A stretch of 64,000 nucleotides of DNA from assembly GCA_964562615.1 (NCBI GenBank), contig CAZLUD010000001.1, positions 38,937-102,936 of the forward strand, given 5' to 3'. The position numbers were made by a program, and so were the translations under genes. Shown piece after piece: positions 8,911-17,520 of the stretch (position 1 is its first letter; each line of letters starts with the position of its first letter). The notes under the pieces are model-generated. The model had not been told where the DNA came from and did not search any database. It saw nothing but the letters and a program-made list of their open reading frames with translations. The DNA comes from an uncultured Candidatus Saccharibacteria bacterium. Lineage in GTDB: Bacteria; Patescibacteriota; Minisyncoccia; Phycocordibacterales; UBA12088.

Positions 8911-10101
8911 TTAAACTGACGAATCTAATTTTTCACGTTCAAGGCGAAGTAGCCGTTCAAGAAAAAATACATTCGACATACTACAGAGCACTCCGCCGAG
9001 CATCTCACCACTGCGTAGTAGATGCGCCACGTATGCTTTTGTATACCCCTTCAACCGTTCGCACTCGCCCGTCTCATCAAGTGGGCTCTCATCGTGTTTG
9101 TAGCGCTCGTTACAAAGATTGATTTTTTCACCCTGCGCGTTGTATATCATACCTGTCCTACCAAGCCGAGTTGGCTGCACACAATCAAATAAATCAATGC
9201 CTTTTTCTATACCGCTTATAACATCCTCCGGTTCTCCAATACCAAGCAAATGACGTGGTTTATCCTCAGGCAATATATCGGTCACCCATCCCACGGCGGT
9301 GTCCAAGTCCTCTTTTACATATGAGCCGCCAATGCCATACCCATCAAAATCCATATCTGCAAAAAATCGAGCACTTTCTTTCCTTAAATCCTCAAATCTT
9401 CCACCCTGCACAATACCAAAGAGTGCCTGCCGCTCTCCCATGGTGGTGTTTTGTCTATGTGCACTAAGAGAGCGCTTTGCCCAGCGGTGCGTTCTCTCCA
9501 TTGCTTCTAATTGATACGCATGATCTGCCGTAGCGCTAGTACATTCATCAAAAGCAAAAATTATGTCCGCGCCAATGTTGTGCTGTATTTCGATAGAACG
9601 CTCAGGAGTAAAGCGATGAAGAGTACCATCGATGTGTGAGGTAAAGGTCACCCCTTCATCATCTATTACTGCAAGCTTTCCGTGTTCAGAGAGTATATCA
9701 GGATCAAAAAACACTGGTCTTCTTTCATGCGCCACGCTGTCTATATCTGCTTTTGCCACCTTGGTAAGGTTCTTTCCAAACGCAGCACCAAGTGAGAATA
9801 CTTGAAATCCTCCCGAGTCAGTTGAGACTGGTCCATCCCAGTTCATAAATGAGTGAATCCCTCCCAATTTTTTTATTATTTCGTCTCCTACGGTGAGGTA
9901 TAGATGGTACGTATTTGCGATAACCGCATCAACACCTAGCGCTTTCCAATCATGTGCACCAATACCCTTTAACGTTGCCTTTGTGGCAACAGGAAGCAGT
10001 GTTGGTGTCTCGATAATACCGTGGGGGGTTATAAGCCTCCCCCGTCGCGCTTTACTATTTGTTTTCTTTTTAAGAATTTCAAATGTTATTGGCTTTTTCA
10101 T
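8911..10101 (-). CDS. tgt: Queuine tRNA-ribosyltransferase
   Basis: ARRGRLITPHGIIETPTLLPVATKATLKG, YHLYL and a zinc-site C-terminal region. Start set at MKKPITFEIL rather than the upstream in-frame ATG of the ORF track. Confidence 0.85.
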   Translation of the reverse strand: MKKPITFEILKKKTNSKARRGRLITPHGIIETPTLLPVATKATLKGIGAHDWKALGVDAVIANTYHLYLTVGDEIIKKLGGIHSFMNWDGPVSTDSGGFQVFSLGAAFGKNLTKVAKADIDSVAHERRPVFFDPDILSEHGKLAVIDDEGVTFTSHIDGTLHRFTPERSIEIQHNIGADIIFAFDECTSATADHAYQLEAMERTHRWAKRSLSAHRQNTTMGERQALFGIVQGGRFEDLRKESARFFADMDFDGYGIGGSYVKEDLDTAVGWVTDILPEDKPRHLLGIGEPEDVISGIEKGIDLFDCVQPTRLGRTGMIYNAQGEKINLCNERYKHDESPLDETGECERLKGYTKAYVAHLLRSGEMLGGVLCSMSNVFFLERLLRLEREKLDSSV

Positions 10102-10179
10102 AGATAGAAAAATACGCAACAATAACAAGCGCAACCGCGCAGGCGATTGCTCTTGTCATAGTACTAGGCATACTACGCA

Positions 10180-10542
10180 TTAGAGCGTGCAAGAAGTCTT
10201 CTCTGCAAGCGTTTCTAAGGTGACCACCCCGGTAAGGACTGAGCTGTCCTTAAATACCCACGTAGGATACCCTTCTACACCCGCATCTGTGCATACCGAC
10301 AACACTCCCTTTCCATCTGGGGTAGAGCATTCTACATACGGAAGAAGTGATGCTGATTTTCCAAAGAGAGCCTTTTGCTCTTTGCAATGAGGGCACCAAA
10401 AGGCACCATAAAATGTTGCCCCACTATCCGCAACACACTGTGCAAATGCGTCCTTTGGTCCTGGCATAAACATATTTGCCAAAAACAGACCAATGACAAT
10501 TATAAGTCCAATTACCCCCGTCCAAATTGTTTTTTTACTCAT
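10180..10542 (-). CDS. Membrane-anchored thioredoxin-like protein (VKOR-associated Trx-like type, WCPHC motif)
   Basis: N-terminal transmembrane helix. YGAFWCPHCKEQKALFG resembles the Trx-like domain fused to bacterial VKOR. Confidence 0.6.
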   Translation of the reverse strand: MSKKTIWTGVIGLIIVIGLFLANMFMPGPKDAFAQCVADSGATFYGAFWCPHCKEQKALFGKSASLLPYVECSTPDGKGVLSVCTDAGVEGYPTWVFKDSSVLTGVVTLETLAEKTSCTL

Positions 10543-10560
10543 AGTATGGTGACTATACCA

Positions 10561-11352
10561 CTATTTCCCACGAGGTGGGAGTGGTACAAAATAACTTGTA
10601 ATTGCAGCATATTTTCGATATGCAGGATCAGTCATAAACTTTCTTTCAAGCATTGGGCCAGTCACAAACAAAAGTATGTAGGTGATGGTGATTGGTGAAA
10701 TAAATACTAGATATGCCCACACCCCATCAAGCATACTTGCAGCCATACACGCCATACCCCACCATATCATTGACTCACCAAAATAATTTGGCCGTCTTGA
10801 ATATCTAAATAGCCCATGAGAAAGGATGCTTCCCTTATTTGCGGGGTCCTTGGTAAATCTATCAAGTTGATAATCTGCGAGCGCCTCAAAAAAGTAGCCA
10901 ATTGCAAAAAGACTAGTGCCGAGCATAAACACCCACGGCTCTGCCGCAGCAACGGATGACAATCCTAGTACTATTGGCAATGAGACAATGAGTATAATAA
11001 TCCCCTGGAGAACAAATACCTGAAACAGCGTGCGGAGATAAAAGTACGCAGTGCCGTGTAATAACCACTCCTCACGCCACGCGCAATATCTAAAATCTTC
11101 CCCTTTGCCGATTTTTCGTAAGTATATCCGTAATGACAAACGAATACCCCACGCAAACAAAAAGAGCATCAATAATTTTTGTGCAATAGATGCGTCAGGC
11201 GCCATGCCATAGAGTGCTGCGCCTATAATCATAAATACGATCCCGTACGCTATATCCATTATGCTATTGTCTTTCAGTAGTAGTGCTATTGCGTAAAGAC
11301 ACAATGCCACACTGGTTACTATTGCTATTGCAGTTATGAATGAGAATATCAT
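10561..11352 (-). CDS. DUF1295 / steroid 5-alpha-reductase-like polytopic membrane protein
   Basis: Multi-transmembrane protein with an SRRPNYFGE-type motif (LFRYSRRPNYFGESMIWWG). The start overlaps the stop of the upstream ABC ATPase gene in an ATGA arrangement. Confidence 0.6.
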   Translation of the reverse strand: MIFSFITAIAIVTSVALCLYAIALLLKDNSIMDIAYGIVFMIIGAALYGMAPDASIAQKLLMLFLFAWGIRLSLRIYLRKIGKGEDFRYCAWREEWLLHGTAYFYLRTLFQVFVLQGIIILIVSLPIVLGLSSVAAAEPWVFMLGTSLFAIGYFFEALADYQLDRFTKDPANKGSILSHGLFRYSRRPNYFGESMIWWGMACMAASMLDGVWAYLVFISPITITYILLFVTGPMLERKFMTDPAYRKYAAITSYFVPLPPRGK

Positions 11353-12047
11353 CGTTTTGATTTTAACACAGATGTTGGTGTACCATCATTAACTAATGCA
11401 CCATCAGATAGTTCAAGTACACGCTTTGCCATTCGCGCATACTCAAGTTCGTGCGTTACCATAATAATAGTCTGCCCAGCTTTATTTAGCTCTTCAAGAT
11501 AGGTGAGCAATAAGGTAGAAGTAGCGGTATCGAGATTTGCCGTAGGTTCATCTGCAAACAATACTAGTGGATTGTGGGCAATTGCTCTTGCGATTGATAC
11601 TCGTTGTTGCTCTCCTCCGGAGAGTTGGCTTGGTCGGTTATCAAGCCGCTCGTTAAGTCCCAATCGTGCTAGTACTTCATGCGCCCTTTTTCTTGAGGGA
11701 GTACTGGCAAAACCCTGCATAAGTAGTGGTACCATAACGTTTTCGGTCGCACTAAGCTCAGGAAGAAGCGCATAGTCTTGAAAGACATATCCTAGGTTAA
11801 ATAGCCTATATCGAGTACGTACCGCATTTGAAAACGTTGATGTGTCTTCACCATTTAGAAACAACTCACCACTTGTTGGAATATCAAGAAGTGATAACTG
11901 GTACATAAGTGTACTTTTACCTGCGCCTGACTTACCCACAATAGCGACAAACTCGCCTTCATTTATTTTGACATCAACACCTCGTAGCGCGTGTGTTTCG
12001 TGCCCTGCTTTGCCATATATTTTTTTTAATTGTTTTGCTTCTATCAT
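11349..12047 (-). CDS. ABC transporter ATP-binding protein (MacB/LolD-like)
   Basis: GKSGAGKSTL Walker A, LSGGEQQRVSIARA signature and a D-loop. Ends with a TGA stop that overlaps the next start codon. Confidence 0.85.
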   Translation of the reverse strand: MIEAKQLKKIYGKAGHETHALRGVDVKINEGEFVAIVGKSGAGKSTLMYQLSLLDIPTSGELFLNGEDTSTFSNAVRTRYRLFNLGYVFQDYALLPELSATENVMVPLLMQGFASTPSRKRAHEVLARLGLNERLDNRPSQLSGGEQQRVSIARAIAHNPLVLFADEPTANLDTATSTLLLTYLEELNKAGQTIIMVTHELEYARMAKRVLELSDGALVNDGTPTSVLKSKR

Positions 12048-12048
12048 G

Positions 12049-13329
12049 TTATCTACCTAAAATAGCATCGAGTGCATTCTTTCGTACAATAATTTTAGCA
12101 GGCATATACCCCGCAATGATAGTGGTTATCATAAGTATCGATGCTCGTATAAAGGTGCCATTTGCCGTAACTGACAACATGCCATCTGAAAATGGAAAAT
12201 CAATTGGGTTAGCATTAAAGTACGGCAAGATAAACACGTACAACATCGTGAGTCCTACCCCAATACCCACCACCGCATAAAAGAGCGACAACATAACATA
12301 CGACAACTCGATAGTCGCCCCTGTTACGCCAATTGCCTTCAAAATACCAATGTACTTTTGGCGAGTAATTGCGGTAATAAAGATGATAATAAAAATGGTA
12401 ATTGACGCCACAATAACTGAAATTGCACCGATGATATTTCCCAAAAATGAAAACGTATCTTTTATTTCATCAAGAAACTCTCCTACTGCTTCTTCGGTAG
12501 TTCGTACGAGTGCATAGTCACCTGCGCCTTGCGCTATGAGTGAACGTTTAACAAGATCGATATTTTCTCCTGGCAAAAGACGTACTGCAAACTCATCAAC
12601 ATTGTAATCACTTCTGTTAATGAGGCGACGAAGTTCGTTTGCTGGTAAAAATACACGTAAATCAGTTGCATCGGCTTTTGTTTTTACCACTCCTTTAAGA
12701 AGGTAATCCTTTGCTGCATTGCCAATAGTTATGCGCACCTTATCGCCAACATACACATCTGAAACTGTTTGTAGTCCTATTTCCGATGGAAAGTATCTAT
12801 CAAGTAAATTAGCTCCCATTACTATTTGATCATCATCAAAATCAGTAATAAATTCTCCTTCAACAAGGTAGTTTTCTATATTAGTTACCCTTGCCTCTTC
12901 ACGCACGGTAATACCAGCAATAGAAACACCAATCTTATCTGGAAGTACATTACTCTCTGCTACTGAGCGCTGAAAATTAGCCTCAAGCGAGCCTGATTCT
13001 ACAAGCCGCTCCGAGTACCCTGCTATCCCGGGCTCTCCTGCAAGAATTGCCCGTATCGCGGTGCTACGCTCTATATATTGCTTCTCAGGAAATTTTGAAA
13101 TCAATATATCTCCTGCATAGCGTTCGTTGTACCCTTTTAATGACCCGTCAATAAGCCCAACAAGGAGTCCTGTGACTACCACAAGATTAAGAAACGTGAG
13201 CATCATGACAAATACCACAAGCAGGGTTTGCCACAGACTTGTTCGCATGAGGTAGCGAACCGCGAGAAAAAATGCCACTTGTAGTGATGAAAGCATATTA
13301 CTCTTCAAATCGAGCCACAATGTCACCAT
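12049..13329 (-). CDS. ABC transporter permease, FtsX/MacB-type
   Basis: N-terminal transmembrane helix, a large periplasmic domain and three C-terminal transmembrane helices. The start may be the internal MLSSLQ. Confidence 0.75.
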   Translation of the reverse strand: MVTLWLDLKSNMLSSLQVAFFLAVRYLMRTSLWQTLLVVFVMMLTFLNLVVVTGLLVGLIDGSLKGYNERYAGDILISKFPEKQYIERSTAIRAILAGEPGIAGYSERLVESGSLEANFQRSVAESNVLPDKIGVSIAGITVREEARVTNIENYLVEGEFITDFDDDQIVMGANLLDRYFPSEIGLQTVSDVYVGDKVRITIGNAAKDYLLKGVVKTKADATDLRVFLPANELRRLINRSDYNVDEFAVRLLPGENIDLVKRSLIAQGAGDYALVRTTEEAVGEFLDEIKDTFSFLGNIIGAISVIVASITIFIIIFITAITRQKYIGILKAIGVTGATIELSYVMLSLFYAVVGIGVGLTMLYVFILPYFNANPIDFPFSDGMLSVTANGTFIRASILMITTIIAGYMPAKIIVRKNALDAILGR

Positions 13330-14977
13330 CGTTTAGTCCACTCACAATTTCAACCATTCCACCGTTTGTTTGTCTGCCAATGGTTACCGCGCGCTTTGTG
13401 TCTTTCGGCAAAGATGCGTCATGTACGTAGTAATCACCCCCTTCTTTTATCAAAAACCTTCTTGGAATTGAAAGTACATCCTCTGCCACCACCACCTGTG
13501 TACGTGCATTGGCAGTCATTCCAGAGTAAACACGATCATCGGGTATTTTAAGCTGTAGCGTAACGCCATACGCAGAAATACCATCAATTTTTTTCTCAGC
13601 AGGATCTATGTCGGTGATAACCGCCATAAATTCTTCTGTAGGGCCGTACGCATCAAGGGTGATAATTACTTCCATTCCTCGATTGAGTCCGACAATGTCT
13701 ATTTCTGATACATCAGCTTTAATTTCAAATGATGCATCTGATGCAATAGTTATCAGTGGGGTAAATGCTGAAACCAGTTCCCCTTCAGAAATTTCGATTG
13801 CCGTAACAGTTCCAGCGATTGGCGAAATGAGTGCATGCTTTGAAACCAATGACTCATACTTTTGTACTAGTGCTCGCTGTGCATCTACCCGCGCCTGCTG
13901 TTCACGAAGTTTCTCTGGTGTGGTACCCGCCTTTAGAAGTGCCACTTCTTCTTTGGCGACACTAATATTAGAAAGCGCGATATTTCTTTTCTCCTCTGCA
14001 ATAGAAAGTGCTGAAAGTTGTGCAACCACCTGCGTACGAGATGCAGAGACTGCAGCACGCCATGTGTCTATCTTTTCTTGACTGAGTGATGCACTGGTGG
14101 TCAGTGAGTTTACTAGCAGTGAAAGACTCTCTAGGTATAGTTTAATTTCGGTGAGATTGTTTCTCGTGAGCAAGCTGTACGCCTCGTAGTCTATATCACT
14201 TGAAATACTTGTTGATGCAGCGGCAAGTCCGCTTGTTTTAATAAATAATGAGAGATAACTAAATAATGTTGATTGGCTAGTTTCGGTAGGAGTAGAAAAT
14301 GCAGTGGTCATTTTGGAGCGAAGTCGTTCAGAATTTTCAGACCACCTAAGCAAAAGGTTTTCAAGCTCGATTCTTTTTTGCTCAATACCATTTGCGAGTT
14401 TGTAATCAACCGCGTCAAATTTTAATTGTGGATTTAGCCGTGGACTGTCAAATAGCTGATCAGTGCTATTTCTTACGGCATTTTCAGCAACCGTATACGC
14501 ATCGATATATTCATCAGATAGTGCTTGAAGCGCATCATTAAGGGACTGTTCGTATGAGGCAACCTTTTCAACTTTTACCTGTATTTCTTCTTCGCGTACA
14601 CCTTTTATAAGAGAATCAAGTGACGCAACCTCAGCAGAAAGAACCGCGCGTGCTTGCGCAACATCTGAGCGCGCATCCGCATCGCTCAGTGTAGCTATTA
14701 CCTGCCCCTTTCGTAGGGTATCACCAACATCAACAGAGAGTGTTTGTAATTTACCTTGAAGTTCAAAACCAAGAGAGACCTCATCGGCAGGTTCAACTGA
14801 ACCACTGAATCTCACCTCATTCTTTAGTGTGGATCGTTCAACAGTAAATACCTCGTCTGGTAATTCATTTGAAAAATAGCGATAGCTTGGATATGCAATC
14901 GCTACTACTACTAGTGAGCTACCAATAACAAACGTTATCAAATGTTGTGATATCCAATTTTTAAGTGCGACAATCAT
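13298..14977 (-). CDS. Periplasmic adaptor (HlyD/MacA-like membrane fusion protein)
   Basis: N-terminal transmembrane helix, biotin-lipoyl-like segments and a long coiled-coil region. Operon with the permease and ATPase. Start chosen at MIVALKNW. Confidence 0.65.
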   Translation of the reverse strand: MIVALKNWISQHLITFVIGSSLVVVAIAYPSYRYFSNELPDEVFTVERSTLKNEVRFSGSVEPADEVSLGFELQGKLQTLSVDVGDTLRKGQVIATLSDADARSDVAQARAVLSAEVASLDSLIKGVREEEIQVKVEKVASYEQSLNDALQALSDEYIDAYTVAENAVRNSTDQLFDSPRLNPQLKFDAVDYKLANGIEQKRIELENLLLRWSENSERLRSKMTTAFSTPTETSQSTLFSYLSLFIKTSGLAAASTSISSDIDYEAYSLLTRNNLTEIKLYLESLSLLVNSLTTSASLSQEKIDTWRAAVSASRTQVVAQLSALSIAEEKRNIALSNISVAKEEVALLKAGTTPEKLREQQARVDAQRALVQKYESLVSKHALISPIAGTVTAIEISEGELVSAFTPLITIASDASFEIKADVSEIDIVGLNRGMEVIITLDAYGPTEEFMAVITDIDPAEKKIDGISAYGVTLQLKIPDDRVYSGMTANARTQVVVAEDVLSIPRRFLIKEGGDYYVHDASLPKDTKRAVTIGRQTNGGMVEIVSGLNDGDIVARFEE

Positions 14978-15022
14978 GCAACAATTGTAGCATGTGACCA
15001 CAAGTATACAGAGTGGATATGT

Positions 15023-15052
15023 GAAAGGGGTCCCTCATGCAGGACCCCTTTC
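15023..15052. terminator. 11 bp perfect hairpin (gaaaggggtcc..ggacccctttc) between the small ORF and the adaptor gene start
   Basis: Inverted repeat read directly from the sequence. No clear T-tract follows. Confidence 0.3.
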
Positions 15053-15289
15053 GTAAATAGTGTTGAATGTTATCTTTCCATTCACTATAGAAACTTTTTG
15101 TATTTTGAAATTACGCTTTGTGACATACTTTTTTACGTACACAAGCGCTTTTGTTCTAGACCCAAAAATTTTGATTGACCCTACAGCTGCACATTCGGGA
15201 TGGTAAAAGCAAAACGACCCCACCGCTGCGCTAGTAGACAAAAAATAATTGCCCACTGAGACAGCATAGCCAAGACCTCTTTTAGACAT
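15035..15289 (-). CDS. Hypothetical 84 aa protein
   Basis: ORF-track frame only; no recognisable motifs. Confidence 0.3.
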   Translation of the reverse strand: MSKRGLGYAVSVGNYFLSTSAAVGSFCFYHPECAAVGSIKIFGSRTKALVYVKKYVTKRNFKIQKVSIVNGKITFNTIYERGPA

Positions 15290-15325
15290 CCAGCTTCTCC
15301 CGTAACTTTGAGGAGTGTAGCAAAA

Positions 15326-16492
15326 TTATAAATGCGTGGCTATATATGAGAGTCTGTTGTACTTTGCCACTCGTTCGCCTCGTGACGGAGCCCCAATTTT
15401 GAGTCCATCAGCACCAACTGCGTAGGCAAAATCGGCTATAAAGTCATCGTTTGTTTCTCCAGAGCGATGTGATACTACCACCTGCCATCCGTACACTCTT
15501 GCAAGGTGTACCGCCTCAATGGTTTCAGAAACAGTACCTATTTGGTTTGGCTTTATAATTATTGAATTGATACTCTGACTTTCGTGCGCCTTCTTCATTC
15601 TGTTTTTGTTTGTCACCGTGAGGTCGTCACCACTTATCATGGTGTTACCACCTATCTCTTTTGTAAGAGTTGCAAATGCCTCAAAGTCATCTTCAAAAAA
15701 TGGATCTTCAATGTAGCGTACATCATACTGCTCTTTCATTTCTTTATACTGTGAACGCAATTCTCCGGCATCCATAAATGTTGATGTTGCTGCTGCATCG
15801 ATACCTAAGTCGATACTACCCCACAAACCTTCCGCTTCTGAAACCAATCGTATAAAGCGAAGTGGTTCAAGGTTATCCAACATGTTTGGCGCATACCCTC
15901 CTTCATCACCGCAGTTTCCAGCGTTGGGACCTTTTTCAGCAACCAATGCTTCTTTGAGTGCGTGATATATTGATTGCCCTGTCTTCATTGCAGCAATCAC
16001 GTCATTTGTTTTAGGAATTATCATGTACTCCTGAAAATCAAGCTCATTACCCGCATGAAGCCCGCCGTTTATGACATTCATATATAGCCGAGGCATCGCA
16101 ACTCGCATGTCTGCAACATCACTTATGTATTGCCAGGTTTTGCGGCCAGATGAAATAGCACTTACTCTCGCATAGGCAATAGAGAGGGCAAGCAAGGTGT
16201 TGGCGCCGAGCTTTGATTTGTTTGGTGTACCATCAAGCACGATAAGCTCCTCATCAAATGATTTTTGCTTATTTGCTTCGTAATGATTGATACGTGGTCC
16301 AATGATGGTCTCGACTGATCGTATCGCGTCTGCTTCAGGAGCGTGGAATGCTTCGTTAGTGCCAACGCTCTTCCCTTGCGGTACTGAAGCCCAGGCACTT
16401 GTACCATCGTCAAGCACCATAGTCACTTCAAGAGTGTCGTTTCCTCTAGAGTCTAGTATTGTACGAGCTGAAACATCGCGTATACGTGCCAT
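15326..16492 (-). CDS. eno: Enolase (short form, 388 aa)
   Basis: MARIRDVSARTILDSRGNDTLEV N-terminus, SHRSGETND motif and KPNQIGT. Confidence 0.9.
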   Translation of the reverse strand: MARIRDVSARTILDSRGNDTLEVTMVLDDGTSAWASVPQGKSVGTNEAFHAPEADAIRSVETIIGPRINHYEANKQKSFDEELIVLDGTPNKSKLGANTLLALSIAYARVSAISSGRKTWQYISDVADMRVAMPRLYMNVINGGLHAGNELDFQEYMIIPKTNDVIAAMKTGQSIYHALKEALVAEKGPNAGNCGDEGGYAPNMLDNLEPLRFIRLVSEAEGLWGSIDLGIDAAATSTFMDAGELRSQYKEMKEQYDVRYIEDPFFEDDFEAFATLTKEIGGNTMISGDDLTVTNKNRMKKAHESQSINSIIIKPNQIGTVSETIEAVHLARVYGWQVVVSHRSGETNDDFIADFAYAVGADGLKIGAPSRGERVAKYNRLSYIATHL

Positions 16493-16497
16493 AATAA

Positions 16498-17514
16498 TTA
16501 TTTGATTACGTTATTTTGTGGGGTGCCCTTGAAATAACTAGTGATATTCTCAATGGTGGTTTGTAAAATGCGTTCAAGTGCCTCTTGTGTATTAAATGCA
16601 CTATGTGGCGTCATAATAACATTTGGCATATCAATGAGCTTGTGATTGATAAGCGCCACCTTGAGGTTATGTGTATCAAGCGCTCCCTCTGAAAGCAGAT
16701 GCATTTCGTCTTTAATGAAGCCTTCTTCCTCTACGACATCAAGTCCCGCTCCACGCAGATAACCATCGGTAAGCGCCGTAAACAGCGCCTCTGTCTCAAC
16801 CACTGCGCCTCTACTTGTGTTGATGAGTACTGCTCCCTTTTTTATCGTACCAATATTACCCGCATGTATCATGTGATGTGTCTCCTTTAGATACGGCACA
16901 TGGATGCTTATAACATCACTTGCAGCGAGTAGCTCATCAAGTGACTCTGCATAGGTAAATCCGTAGACACTCTCAAGTGCTTTATTAGGAAATGCGTCAT
17001 AGCCGATAACTTTCATACCAAAGCCATTTCCAATTTTGATGGCATGTTGACCAATCCTTCCGGTACCTATAACACCGAGCGTCTTACCATTAAGATCAAA
17101 ACCTCGTAATGCTCTTGGATCATAGCTGCCATTTTCACGCAATTGTTCATATCCATCAAAAATTCTTTTTGAAAGCGCCAGCAACAATCCAAATGCGTGT
17201 TCGGCAACGGTATTTGCGCCATACGCAGGCACCGATGAGACAGTGATGCCTCGCTCTTTTGCGGCATCAATTGCTATGTGATCAAATCCAGTTGATCGAG
17301 TTGCGATGAGTCGTAATGCTGGCATTGCATCAATCACCTCCTTTGTCACCACAGAATCAACAAATACAGAAATCGCCTCTGCCTGTGCTGCCTCTTGCGG
17401 TATTGTCTCTGGTGACAATATGCCATCAAAAAATACTACCTGATGGTCTTTGAGCGATGAAAGATATATATCTTTCTCCCATGGTTCGTAGGTAAATACT
17501 AGAATAGTGGCCAT
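16498..17514 (-). CDS. D-isomer-specific 2-hydroxyacid dehydrogenase (glycerate/hydroxypyruvate or lactate type)
   Basis: GVIGTGRIGQHAIKIGNGFGMKVIGYD NAD-binding fold and a catalytic His region (IMTPHSAFNT). Confidence 0.8.
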   Translation of the reverse strand: MATILVFTYEPWEKDIYLSSLKDHQVVFFDGILSPETIPQEAAQAEAISVFVDSVVTKEVIDAMPALRLIATRSTGFDHIAIDAAKERGITVSSVPAYGANTVAEHAFGLLLALSKRIFDGYEQLRENGSYDPRALRGFDLNGKTLGVIGTGRIGQHAIKIGNGFGMKVIGYDAFPNKALESVYGFTYAESLDELLAASDVISIHVPYLKETHHMIHAGNIGTIKKGAVLINTSRGAVVETEALFTALTDGYLRGAGLDVVEEEGFIKDEMHLLSEGALDTHNLKVALINHKLIDMPNVIMTPHSAFNTQEALERILQTTIENITSYFKGTPQNNVIK

Positions 17515-17520
17515 AGATAA

